DNA from: a virus | Taxonomy: Duplodnaviria; Caudoviricetes | Reading direction: 5' to 3' (one strand) | IMG/VR virus record: IMGVR_UViG_2595698880_000001 | Coordinates: 17,657-81,656 of that record | Length of the DNA stretch: 64,000 bases | Shown here: in pieces, positions 1-9,668 of the stretch | How the letters are laid out: each line of letters begins with the position of its first letter | Position numbering within the stretch: position 1 is the first letter of the stretch | The notes under the pieces: model-generated | Database searches by the model: none | What the model saw: only the letters and a program-made list of their open reading frames with translations | Told to the model about the DNA's origin: nothing | Position numbers and translations under genes: made by a program

Positions 1-1
1 T

Positions 2-415
2 ATGGCTACAAATAAAGTTTCTTTTTACTACCGTAAAGATTTAAACGTAACTAAACACGGTGAATATAAAGCCGCTGCTGATATGCCATTCGGTACAGCT
101 GTCAAACGTAATGACGTAACAATGGAAGCTGAAGTTGCTGCTAATAGCGCTGAATTTGAAGGTGTTGCTGATAAAGTAATCTTCAATGTACAAGGTGCTG
201 ACGATCTTACTATTAAAAAAGGCGAACGTCACCGTGTAGGTGTTGGTAAAGATTATGAAATCGTTTTAATGAAAGATAAACTTGGATCAACTGTTGCTGT
301 CGGTGATGCTATCGAAGTAAAAGCTGGTAAATTCCAAAAGAAAACAACTGATACTGCTGTAGGTAAAGTAGTAGCTATTTTCCCAAATGGCGAAACTGTA
401 CTTCGCATTAACTAA
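2..415 (+). CDS. capsid decoration/cement-like protein
   Basis: 137 aa, beta-rich (VAVGDAIEVKAGKF), directly upstream of the major capsid gene. Confidence 0.6.
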   Translation: MATNKVSFYYRKDLNVTKHGEYKAAADMPFGTAVKRNDVTMEAEVAANSAEFEGVADKVIFNVQGADDLTIKKGERHRVGVGKDYEIVLMKDKLGSTVAVGDAIEVKAGKFQKKTTDTAVGKVVAIFPNGETVLRIN

Positions 416-432
416 TAGGAGGTTAACAAGAT

Positions 433-1371
433 ATGCCATCATATACTAAAGCTCAACGCGATAAATTTATTGAACAAGTTCGTAAATACGCTAATGCAAC
501 ACGTTTAGATGAAGCTGGTAAAAAGCTTGAAAAGCGTATTGCTGCAATGGCTAAAACACCTCAAGGTATGAATGAGTTAGCTCAACTTATCACTGAAAAC
601 CTTGAAGAAGAAATGCAAGCATACGATTTACGTCCTTTACTATTCGACACAAAACCACGTAAACTTTTAGAAGTGGTTGAATACAAACGTAAAGGTAAAT
701 TCCGTGCTTACCGTACAACTCGTGGCGGTTACGTTCCTAAGTCTCAAGTATTCCAGGACGTTGTAAAAGCGCAACCTGAAGAGTTTTCAGTTCGTCCAGC
801 TTGTCACTTACTTCAATTAGAAACAGGCCGTATTTCAGCTGTTAACGATCTTATCACTGGTGCTCAAGAAGCATTACTTACTGAATATGCTCGTTATTTC
901 TATGCTACACTTGAAGCTGTAAATGCTGGTGATTCTACTGGAAAGCTTAAAGCTCAAGTAACAGGTGAAGTTGATAAAACAACTTTAGATAAAATGTTAC
1001 ATGCTGCTTCTGCAAAAGGTGGACAAGTATCTATCGTAGGTACTCACACTTCATTAGCTCCAATCCTTGATTTCGAAGGATTCACTGATACTCAAAAAGA
1101 TGAAATCATGCGTACAGGTAACTTAGGTGTTTACCGTGGTGCTCGTCTAGTTAAACTAGAAGAATTCCTTGACGCTGATGATTTAGAAGTAATCAAACAT
1201 GATACTATCTTTATCGTTACTCGTAAAGCTGGATATGTTGATGATTTCGGTGCTATTCGTTCTCGTGAAATCATTGATCCGGAACATGATGAATTCTCAA
1301 TCTTAATGCGTAAAGAGTGGGGCTTCACTGTATTATATCCTGAATATGTTCGAATGATTAAGATTGTCTAA
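433..1371 (+). CDS. major capsid protein (HK97-fold)
   Basis: 312 aa, strong RBS AGGAGG, highly biased codons, GNLGVYRGARLV motif typical of HK97-fold A-domain, followed by a hairpin. Confidence 0.8.
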   Translation: MPSYTKAQRDKFIEQVRKYANATRLDEAGKKLEKRIAAMAKTPQGMNELAQLITENLEEEMQAYDLRPLLFDTKPRKLLEVVEYKRKGKFRAYRTTRGGYVPKSQVFQDVVKAQPEEFSVRPACHLLQLETGRISAVNDLITGAQEALLTEYARYFYATLEAVNAGDSTGKLKAQVTGEVDKTTLDKMLHAASAKGGQVSIVGTHTSLAPILDFEGFTDTQKDEIMRTGNLGVYRGARLVKLEEFLDADDLEVIKHDTIFIVTRKAGYVDDFGAIRSREIIDPEHDEFSILMRKEWGFTVLYPEYVRMIKIV

Positions 1372-1381
1372 TAAAATAATT

Positions 1382-1408
1382 GGAGGGGTTTATCCCCTTC
1401 TTATCTTT
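1382..1408 (+). terminator. hairpin terminator/attenuator after the capsid gene
   Basis: GGAGGGG-TTTAT-CCCCTTC followed by a T-rich tail. Confidence 0.6.
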
Positions 1409-1424
1409 AAAGGAGTGGAATGGA

Positions 1425-1817
1425 ATGGCTGAAAATAAAGAAATCGTTTTAATCAATAACGCTGGTCAACTTTTTACAATTAACTTCATGGGTGCTTTCC
1501 CTATTAACAAGTGGGCTAATCCAGGTGGTAAATATTATTTATCTGAAAAAGAATATGATTTCGTTAAAGCGAATTACTCACATATTCTAGGTAAGCAGCT
1601 TGTACACGAAGGTGAAGAAGGCGAAACCTATAACCAAATTGATGAAGTTTCTGCTGATGCATTTTTCACTATGCACCACACGAAACAAAAAGCAGCGATT
1701 AAAGAAATGTCTGATGAAAAACTTCAGGAGCTACTTGATTACGCTGACTTAAATGAAATCAATAAGAAAATTGTGAAAGAGATTGAAGAACAGTATCTAC
1801 AGAACGAAGGTGAATGA
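1425..1817 (+). CDS. hypothetical head-associated protein
   Basis: ORF after MCP; start moved to ATG 1425 behind AAGGAG. Confidence 0.6.
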   Translation: MAENKEIVLINNAGQLFTINFMGAFPINKWANPGGKYYLSEKEYDFVKANYSHILGKQLVHEGEEGETYNQIDEVSADAFFTMHHTKQKAAIKEMSDEKLQELLDYADLNEINKKIVKEIEEQYLQNEGE

Positions 1818-2173
1818 CAATGATCGACTTCGAGACATTGATCCCTAAACTTCGTACACGAATTGATGATTTAGATACCGCTGATTTTGAATACAATGAT
1901 GGAGAATTAACCGATCATCTGCAAAATTCACTTGATAAATATAATATGCAATTGCCATTGGATAAACCTTCAGATGGTCAATTAATCATCGTTGAGACAA
2001 TGATAGCAATTGTGACTGCTTTAAAAATGTGGGCTGATGGAGAAAGTTATTCTTACAAAAATGATGCTGTTCAAATGACACGCGGATTGATGTCTAAACA
2101 TTACCTGGATACATTGAAACAACTTCGTATCGAAAGAAACGATATCTTGGAAGGGAATGGAGGGGTTTACTAA
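1814..2173 (+). CDS. putative head-tail connector/adaptor
   Basis: 119 aa helical, LRTRIDD...YNDGEL motif like gp6/gp15-type adaptors; position. Confidence 0.55.
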   Translation: MTMIDFETLIPKLRTRIDDLDTADFEYNDGELTDHLQNSLDKYNMQLPLDKPSDGQLIIVETMIAIVTALKMWADGESYSYKNDAVQMTRGLMSKHYLDTLKQLRIERNDILEGNGGVY

Positions 2174-2343
2174 TGCGTAAAGACGAAAAAGAAATCGTTA
2201 ATGCATATTTATGGAAATCCCACGTTTTAATTTTAGATTTAGTTGACTTAGTTGAAGATGATAAACTTCGACAAAAGATTAAAACTAAGGTTTTAGATGT
2301 GGCCCATGAAACACAAGAATATTTAAAAAATGATGAAAAGTGA
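2173..2343 (+). CDS. small hypothetical protein (56 aa, not in ORF track)
   Basis: TAATG coupling, RBS GGAGGGG; MRKDEKEIVNAYLW...KNDEK. Confidence 0.65.
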   Translation: MRKDEKEIVNAYLWKSHVLILDLVDLVEDDKLRQKIKTKVLDVAHETQEYLKNDEK

Positions 2344-2354
2344 GGTTTTAAATT

Positions 2355-2861
2355 ATGCCATTCACAGGTAAAGAAGAAATTTATAATGGTTATAACCGAA
2401 AATTATATTTCACAGATGGTACGCCAAATGCGAAGCCAACTGATACAAGTCCTACTTACACTTGGACAGAATTAGGTTATGATGACTCTTTTTCTTTCAA
2501 TGAGAACGAAAACGAAGCTCAAAAATACAACAAGCGCGAAAAATCTCATAAGAAAAAAGGCCGTCAAGAATACACATTCGATATCTCTCAACTTTACAGC
2601 GGTGTTGAATATTCTATCTTCATGTTCAAAGGTAAAACAGGAACATTGAAACAAGTAACTGAAAATGATGCTGGTGATATCGTAGAAGTTAACTACTTCC
2701 ACAATGCTGACATTAACTCTCCACAGTTTTCAGGTGGTGGCGATGATGGTGATGATTCTGTATCAGCTTCAGGTTCTTACTCTAAACGCTTCTTATACGA
2801 TGGACAAGCTTCAGGTTCTACTTTACTGTTCGCTACTGATGGAAGTCACGAGACTCCCTAA
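2355..2861 (+). CDS. major tail tube protein
   Basis: 168 aa acidic beta-rich protein, WTELGY motif, biased codons, ends in CCC TAA, followed by terminator. Confidence 0.65.
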   Translation: MPFTGKEEIYNGYNRKLYFTDGTPNAKPTDTSPTYTWTELGYDDSFSFNENENEAQKYNKREKSHKKKGRQEYTFDISQLYSGVEYSIFMFKGKTGTLKQVTENDAGDIVEVNYFHNADINSPQFSGGGDDGDDSVSASGSYSKRFLYDGQASGSTLLFATDGSHETP

Positions 2862-2920
2862 TTCGGCCCTTGATTTAGGGGGCTTATCGTATTAGATCGT
2901 TTAAGTACGATATAGTTGAC

Positions 2921-2953
2921 AAGAGCACATCTATTAAGTTAGGTGTGCTTTTA
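2921..2953 (+). terminator. intrinsic terminator
   Basis: GAGCACATCTA-ttaagt-TAGGTGTGCTT + TTTA. Confidence 0.75.
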
Positions 2954-3057
2954 TTTGTATCGTGTGAGTTTTCGTCGGTTAAGGCCCATTTGTAAGAGAA
3001 AAAACATTTCATTCAAGATATTAATAACAATGTAACATTAATTAAGGAGGTTAAAGC

Positions 3058-3576
3058 ATGACTTCATATTTATATGATGATGGTAATGGTCTTCGCACAT
3101 CTGCTCGTGTCGAACCAACAACAGGGAAACCAATTACAGACGTTTCTAACATGGTTAAAACTAAAAGTGGTTTATGGATACCACAAACAGGTACAGAAGA
3201 TGGCGCTGCAAACGTTCAAGTAGCTGGATCGGATATTATGATGCCAACACACTTACAACGTCAATTCACTCCACAAGATAAAGTTGCTACAGGTATTTCT
3301 TTGACTGCTGGATCAACTCAAACAGTTTTTGTTGCTGACTTTGATGGTTTTGCTAATTTTGGTGTTATGTCTGTTCCTACAACTTCTCACGATTATAACC
3401 TTTCTGTTTTTTGTAGTCCTGATGGCAACACGTTGGTAGAAAGAAATATGAAATCCGGTGCAGGATGGGGTAAATCACTAACAGGCGCTTCAGTAGGAGC
3501 ATTTGTTATGATCCAAATTACTAACAATAGTGGTGCTGCTGCAACTTATGACATTTGGTTAAGAAAATTTAATTAA
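3058..3576 (+). CDS. putative virion accessory (fibre-associated) protein
   Basis: 172 aa, RBS AAGGAGG, beta-sandwich-like C-terminus. Confidence 0.5.
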   Translation: MTSYLYDDGNGLRTSARVEPTTGKPITDVSNMVKTKSGLWIPQTGTEDGAANVQVAGSDIMMPTHLQRQFTPQDKVATGISLTAGSTQTVFVADFDGFANFGVMSVPTTSHDYNLSVFCSPDGNTLVERNMKSGAGWGKSLTGASVGAFVMIQITNNSGAAATYDIWLRKFN

Positions 3577-3591
3577 TAAGGAGGTTAAAAC

Positions 3592-4029
3592 ATGACTACT
3601 TTTATCGAAGCAATGCCTAAAGAGATGAGCATGTTTGATGGCGAAATCTTTTACTTAACTCCTAGTTGGGAAAACAACGGAATTTATTTGGATGGTTATA
3701 CGCGTGTAGCGTGGTTCAAAAATATGTTCCCTGAAATTGCTGATGCAGAACTGCCATTAAAAAGAGAATTGTACGATCAACTAAAAGCTATTGGTGAATG
3801 TTGGTTGATGAATGCAGCTCAATGGAGAAAGAATGATATTATTCAAGTTGAGGGTTTGACAGCTGAAGATAAATTGGATGATGAGGAAGTTTTGTTAGAT
3901 ATAATGAACCAACAACGAAACCCTAATCCTGAACCTGAAGAACTTGAAGAACCAATTGAAGAAACACCTGTTGAAGAACAACCTGTAGAACAACCTACAG
4001 AAGAGGAAGTACCAACTGAAGAGGTGTAA
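3592..4029 (+). CDS. hypothetical protein with acidic E/P tail
   Basis: RBS AAGGAGG; PEELEEPIEETPVEEQP low-complexity tail. Confidence 0.6.
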   Translation: MTTFIEAMPKEMSMFDGEIFYLTPSWENNGIYLDGYTRVAWFKNMFPEIADAELPLKRELYDQLKAIGECWLMNAAQWRKNDIIQVEGLTAEDKLDDEEVLLDIMNQQRNPNPEPEELEEPIEETPVEEQPVEQPTEEEVPTEEV

Positions 4030-4059
4030 CAACCTCTTCTTTCAAAAGGAGGGAATGGA

Positions 4060-6762
4060 ATGAAAGAAATAATCAATTTATTGGATATAAATGATTTGAA
4101 TTGGTCTTTAGGTTCTGCTGATAGTTCTTGGAACTTAACATCTTCTAACTCTAGGATAAGAAAAGACAAACGTGTACCTGTTAAACCAAACACACAATAT
4201 ACATTGAAGTGTGCTCCTGGTTATCAGATTTATCTAAGACAATTCTCAAGCGAGTCTACAAATGAATTAAATCCAATGAACCAAACGTGGAGAGATAACA
4301 ATTTTACTTTTAGAACAGAATCGAACGCTAACTTTTTAGGTGTTATTTTAAGAAGAAGTTCTGATGCTAATATTTCTCTTTCTGAATTACCTGTTATTAA
4401 TCCTGTTATTTTTGAAGGTGCATTAAATTCTTATCCGCTAAATCAAGTTTATAACTATCCTGCTGTATTGTCACAAAAAAACCTTTTGATAATCGAACCT
4501 AGAATGTGGCCACAAGGAGTTAGACAACAGAATCAATCAATCCAAATTGGGAATTACCGTATTACTTACGGTGGAACTTTCCCAAAAGTTGAAGAAAACA
4601 AAACATATAGACTCGAAATGAACACAAGTTATAAAGCAGGAGTGTTTGTATTTGATAAAAATAATGTTTGTTTATTAGATACAGGATGGAAATACGGCCC
4701 TTTTGATTTTGTTATACCTCCTGGTGGAACGAAAATTTCTGTAAACTTCGCTATGTCTAATGATGGTGCTATTGATCCTAATAGAATTATTCAGAGTGGA
4801 TTAACTATTTTTAAAAAGAATCCTGATAGTAACAAACCAGCTAAAATGTATAGAGGTAAAAATTTCTTGACATTCCCTGATGGCGAATGGACTAGAAGAC
4901 CAGGAACACTAAACACAACATTCACTGAAAATCGTTTAGAATGGGATAATTTCCAGGATTACGCCGGTGTACAAATTCTTTTAGAAGATGCTTTGTTGCA
5001 AGGTAAAACTGTAACTTTTGGTGGCAAACGTCATGTTAATGCTACTATTATTTTGTATTATAGGAAAGCTGATGGTAGTAACGCTTACATCGGATTAGGC
5101 TCTAATGAAGTTGAAAGGACTTTGACCATCCCTTACGGTGCTTCTGAATGTCGCTTTTATGTACAAAACGCAAATGGAGTAAGAGGTATTTTATGGGCTG
5201 AAGACCTATACTTAAACCTTGATTCTGACAAAATGTACACTCCATCTAAAAAGCAAAATAAACAAGCTGACCTTTCGCCGAAAAAGAATTTACTGAAAGA
5301 TGTTCAAGTTTTAGACTCTTCTAATGTTTGGTTAAAAGAGAATGGCGTTGAATCTTGTGTTAGAACAGGTGAAAAATTTAAAGGTGCTGATGTTTACAGG
5401 ATTACTTTTTTACCTGATAAAAACGGACGTGTGTATCAATTGTTTGAAGATAAAGGCATTGTTAGTGCTAGTATTTGGATAAAATACATTCAGTACGATA
5501 CTACTTTACTTTTAACTTTGAGAGAACAAAATTTTGGAACTTCTGCTGGACTTGTTTCGATTAATACTGATTCTCCTGATTGGCAATACATTAAATTAGA
5601 AAACTCTAACGTCCAAACAAGTAAACCTTATATGTTTGCATTATACAAGTCAGGAATGACACAAACAAGAAAAGTAATAGTTGACATAGCGATGCCGCAA
5701 TTAGAAAAAGGGCCGGTAGCAACTTCTTTTGAACTGTATAAACTTTCAAACAAAAAGGACATTAAGACCGTAGCTAATTTGATCGATAAAAATTCTTTAA
5801 CACCTAACATGTACGTTCGTGATAGCGATGGAGTAGTGACAGCTTCAGGAGCAGGAATGAGTGCTCTTGACTTCGTATCTATTGAAGAAGGTAAAAGTTA
5901 CGTGTTTGAAAATGCACCATATTCATTTACTTTGCAACAACGTTATGCGTTTTACGACAAAAACAAAGTGTTCATAAGTGGTACTTCTCACTACAGTTCG
6001 GTTTCTGCAAACAATCCCAAAACTTTTGTAGCACCAAAAGGAGCTGCTTATGTAAGGACTGCCCTTTTACCTTCTGAACTATCAACAGCTAGATTTTATT
6101 GTGTTGAAGATAACACAAAATCGAATAACTTAGGTCTTGATAGAGCACCAATTCAAGATTTACCTATCGTCACTTCACGAAATCTCGAAGTAGCTAAAGG
6201 TGGTAAGTTGTATGGTTCGAACCAAACAGTAGTTGTTAATGGTGGTATTCAAGTTTCTGAAACTTTAAAAGAAATGCACAAAACGAAACAAGTTGGAATT
6301 ATTGATAATATGGCTGGATCACTTGAGTTTACTTATATTCCTGCTGAAGATCAAGCTACACTAAAAAATACGACAGTGAACCGTACTTATTTTTCTACAG
6401 GTGGCGGTCAACAATTCCGTGTTTGGTGTTGGGGTGGAGGTTCTACACATATTATTAATTTCGATATGACTGCTTCTACCGGAAACAGAACGTTCTTTGA
6501 TTTTGGTACAACGTTAACAACACTACAAAAAGGAGTACCAATTACATTTAGAATTGAATGGAGCATCACAGAATTTAAACTGTTTGTAAATGGTGAGAAT
6601 CGCTTAACTAAAACAATTAACGCCGGTGGTTCTTTCAATACACAACCTTTAACTAACCCTTTGTACATCGGATGGAACACTACAGAATATACACCTATGC
6701 CTGGTGTCATGAAGGATATCACAGTTAAAGATAGAAACGGAAATGTCACACTAAAACTTTAA
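4060..6762 (+). CDS. multi-domain carbohydrate-binding fibre protein (CBM-like repeats + C-terminal LamG-like)
   Basis: 900 aa; repeated KNLL/KNFL-initiated modules; C-terminal FRIEWS..FKLFVNG..LYIG..GVMKDITV LamG pattern. Confidence 0.6.
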   Translation: MKEIINLLDINDLNWSLGSADSSWNLTSSNSRIRKDKRVPVKPNTQYTLKCAPGYQIYLRQFSSESTNELNPMNQTWRDNNFTFRTESNANFLGVILRRSSDANISLSELPVINPVIFEGALNSYPLNQVYNYPAVLSQKNLLIIEPRMWPQGVRQQNQSIQIGNYRITYGGTFPKVEENKTYRLEMNTSYKAGVFVFDKNNVCLLDTGWKYGPFDFVIPPGGTKISVNFAMSNDGAIDPNRIIQSGLTIFKKNPDSNKPAKMYRGKNFLTFPDGEWTRRPGTLNTTFTENRLEWDNFQDYAGVQILLEDALLQGKTVTFGGKRHVNATIILYYRKADGSNAYIGLGSNEVERTLTIPYGASECRFYVQNANGVRGILWAEDLYLNLDSDKMYTPSKKQNKQADLSPKKNLLKDVQVLDSSNVWLKENGVESCVRTGEKFKGADVYRITFLPDKNGRVYQLFEDKGIVSASIWIKYIQYDTTLLLTLREQNFGTSAGLVSINTDSPDWQYIKLENSNVQTSKPYMFALYKSGMTQTRKVIVDIAMPQLEKGPVATSFELYKLSNKKDIKTVANLIDKNSLTPNMYVRDSDGVVTASGAGMSALDFVSIEEGKSYVFENAPYSFTLQQRYAFYDKNKVFISGTSHYSSVSANNPKTFVAPKGAAYVRTALLPSELSTARFYCVEDNTKSNNLGLDRAPIQDLPIVTSRNLEVAKGGKLYGSNQTVVVNGGIQVSETLKEMHKTKQVGIIDNMAGSLEFTYIPAEDQATLKNTTVNRTYFSTGGGQQFRVWCWGGGSTHIINFDMTASTGNRTFFDFGTTLTTLQKGVPITFRIEWSITEFKLFVNGENRLTKTINAGGSFNTQPLTNPLYIGWNTTEYTPMPGVMKDITVKDRNGNVTLKL

Positions 6763-6778
6763 TTAATGAGGTGCTAAA

Positions 6779-6970
6779 ATGGACATTATTGTATGTTTAA
6801 ATGACGGAACAAGTTTTGAAGTTCATATTGAAAATTATGATCCGATGGCGATTGCTGAACAATTAAATGATGCAACTAAATCTATGATCGTATTTGGTTA
6901 TTATGTTGTTCAACGATATTCTGTTGTCAAGGTAATGCCGAAACCACCAACAGAAGTTGCAGCAGAATAA
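6779..6970 (+). CDS. small hypothetical protein
   Basis: 63 aa, RBS GAGGTG. Confidence 0.6.
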   Translation: MDIIVCLNDGTSFEVHIENYDPMAIAEQLNDATKSMIVFGYYVVQRYSVVKVMPKPPTEVAAE

Positions 6971-6997
6971 GGAGGGGCTAATGCTCCTTCTTTTTTT
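6969..6997 (+). terminator. intrinsic terminator
   Basis: AGGAGGGGC-taat-GCTCCTTCT followed by a T-run. Confidence 0.75.
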
Positions 6998-7062
6998 GTG
7001 GAGAAAAAACATGCGAAAAATGATATTTATAACTGTAGACAGGTCATACAAGGAGGTACAAA

Positions 7063-9657
7063 ATGAGTGTAATTAAAAGCTATCAGATAAATCTTGATAT
7101 ATCAAAAGACATTAAGAACAATCACTTTTCATTCAACCAAAACGACACGAATACCGCGAAGATTACAGTTAACTTGACTAACAATAAAATTCCGGTTTCA
7201 CTCACTGGATCAACAGTACGTTTTGCGTTTTTAAAAGCTGATGGAAAAAGAGTTTATCAAAATGCAACGATTGTTAATCCAACAGGCGGTATCGTTGAAG
7301 TAATGTTGAACTCACAAGTTCTAGCCGTACCGAAAAGAGTCAAAGCAGAAGTAGAACTCTATTTCGATGGCACACAACAAAATGCTGTAACTAGACCTTT
7401 CGAATTTACTGTTGAACGATCTATCTTGAGTACAGAAGCTATTCAAAGTTCTAATGATTTTCCTATCATCAACACATTGAATCAAAAGTTAGCTGATGTG
7501 ATGAATGTTGACTTGAAACAATTAGCTGATGTTGGAGCTTCGATGAATAGTATTAAAGCAGACGTTACTACCCTGGATCGTAAAACGGATTGGATCGATG
7601 TACGCGATTACGGTGTAAAAGGTGACGGAACAGGTGATGATGCTGTAGGTATTATTGCTGCTTTAGCAATGACTGAAACATTAAAACGTAAAAGGGTCAT
7701 TATGCCTGATGGACTTTATAATGTCGGCCAAACAATTGTTGTTCCGCGAAGAATACATTTGGACTTGAGCAAAAGCACATTCATACGGCCCATCAAAGAT
7801 ATCAACGTGATCCAGCTGAAGCCTGAAGCTCAATTAACAAGTGGTGTTATTGACACAAGACGTTTCACTGGAAGAACTTTTACAGATTTCACTAAAGCTT
7901 GTATTTATTTAGATGGTAATGATGTGTTTTCACTTTATAATGAATTGCATCAAATCAACGGTATTATGATGTTAGGTGAAGATCATTACTATACAGATCA
8001 GAATTGGACAGGAACAGGTGTGAGATTCTATTCCGGTAAGGGCGCTAATGGAGAAGCTAAATTTATTTCATTCGTCAACTGTTCACAATTAGGTATCTTC
8101 AACTTCCAAAAAGGGATTCATTTAGATGTAGATACTACCATTAAGACTAATGATGAATGGGCTTGGGTAACAGGTTGTACGTTCGATCAAGTGAATATGA
8201 TGAACTGTACACAATCGATTGTACTTAATGGTGATCGTGGAATTCCGCGTGATGTTGGTGGTAATATCTTCACAAACATGCAAATTCAAATCGAACCAAC
8301 TTCTGATTATGCAATTTATTGTGAAGGTAGTTTTAACCGCTTTGAAGGCTTATTTTGGGATTTACACAAGAACCCTAATCCTAGTATTAAGTTTGCGAAA
8401 AGTTCTCGTTTTAACGTAGTTAAATGCGCTCACGGATATGACTCACCTCAACACTTTTTAGATGAAGGTTATGACAATACAATCGAAAGTGCAACTAACC
8501 ACACACCGCATAAACGTAATATGGCCTATCCTTTATCTACTCCTTTTAATCCTAGTATGTTAGGAAATCAGGATGATTATTTAGTTCGTGGTGATCTTCG
8601 CGGATATACTTTTACTCAAGTATCCAATCACACAATTAAGTATGGTGGTAATTTAAAAGAGCTATTAACTATGGAAATGGAAACAGGTGTTACATGGGGT
8701 GCTGCTGGAACAACCTATGATGCTCCTATCGTATTCGAAATTGACTTATCTTCTGATCCGATTTGGTACGGTGCGTTTTTTGGCGTTATGGGTGCTTGGA
8801 ATACTTATCCTAAAGGGGTTCGAATAGAAGCTTATGATGCCATAACAAGTAAATGGGAGTGGTGTCATGAAGTCGATAAGAATAGTAGCTATCCTTTTGT
8901 AGTCGCAGCACCGTGGGTAGGTATTAGTAAATGTACTAAAATCAGAATTTCGTTATGGGGAACAAATCAACCATCAGGAACAGACGTTCAACTAAGTCGC
9001 GTTTTTGCTGTAAGTGGTAAAAATGAAGGTAAAGCGTGGTTTCCGAAAGCTGGTGGTAATGTAGACGGAAAGATTTATACTATTGGTGGCCTAGTGATGG
9101 ATAAACGTACTGATGATCCTGCTACTGCTGAAGTAGGTCAAGTGTGGTACAGAACTGATTCAAGCAAATCTCCTGTTCGTGTTATGACTTCAGAAGGCGT
9201 TAAATCCTTCACATTGCAATCTATACCAAATGAATACCTTAACATTGCTGGTGCTGTTAAAAACGGAACAACAGCTGTTATAGCGGAAAATACAACTGAT
9301 TATTTTAGAATCACTTGTAAAAACAATTCAGACGGTTTAATCATCCCTATGACTAGTGCTGTTGTCGGAAAAACCTATACACTTGTTTTAGATGTGATGT
9401 TGTTAAATACAGTAGATGACGTTATCCAGGTTCGATTGTATAACAGAACGAAAAACACTTATTACAATCTTAATTTAGCAGTCACGACAACAGCATTAAA
9501 TACTAAGCAACGCATAACAAAGAACTTCACTTTTACAGCAGGATCGACTTTTGCAGCTGGTGATGCAATTGAATTATGGATTGTTCAATCGTGGAAGAAT
9601 AACACTCACGATACATTTGAGTACAAGGTATTCAAGGACACGCTTGCTATTTATTAG
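7063..9657 (+). CDS. tail spike/receptor-binding protein: BppU-like N-terminus + pectate-lyase-like beta-helix
   Basis: FNQNDTNTAKI..PVSLTG (BppU/DUF2479 pattern); IDVRDYGVKGDGTGDDAVGI (pectate_lyase_3 start). Confidence 0.75.
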   Translation: MSVIKSYQINLDISKDIKNNHFSFNQNDTNTAKITVNLTNNKIPVSLTGSTVRFAFLKADGKRVYQNATIVNPTGGIVEVMLNSQVLAVPKRVKAEVELYFDGTQQNAVTRPFEFTVERSILSTEAIQSSNDFPIINTLNQKLADVMNVDLKQLADVGASMNSIKADVTTLDRKTDWIDVRDYGVKGDGTGDDAVGIIAALAMTETLKRKRVIMPDGLYNVGQTIVVPRRIHLDLSKSTFIRPIKDINVIQLKPEAQLTSGVIDTRRFTGRTFTDFTKACIYLDGNDVFSLYNELHQINGIMMLGEDHYYTDQNWTGTGVRFYSGKGANGEAKFISFVNCSQLGIFNFQKGIHLDVDTTIKTNDEWAWVTGCTFDQVNMMNCTQSIVLNGDRGIPRDVGGNIFTNMQIQIEPTSDYAIYCEGSFNRFEGLFWDLHKNPNPSIKFAKSSRFNVVKCAHGYDSPQHFLDEGYDNTIESATNHTPHKRNMAYPLSTPFNPSMLGNQDDYLVRGDLRGYTFTQVSNHTIKYGGNLKELLTMEMETGVTWGAAGTTYDAPIVFEIDLSSDPIWYGAFFGVMGAWNTYPKGVRIEAYDAITSKWEWCHEVDKNSSYPFVVAAPWVGISKCTKIRISLWGTNQPSGTDVQLSRVFAVSGKNEGKAWFPKAGGNVDGKIYTIGGLVMDKRTDDPATAEVGQVWYRTDSSKSPVRVMTSEGVKSFTLQSIPNEYLNIAGAVKNGTTAVIAENTTDYFRITCKNNSDGLIIPMTSAVVGKTYTLVLDVMLLNTVDDVIQVRLYNRTKNTYYNLNLAVTTTALNTKQRITKNFTFTAGSTFAAGDAIELWIVQSWKNNTHDTFEYKVFKDTLAIY

Positions 9658-9668
9658 GAGGGAAATGG

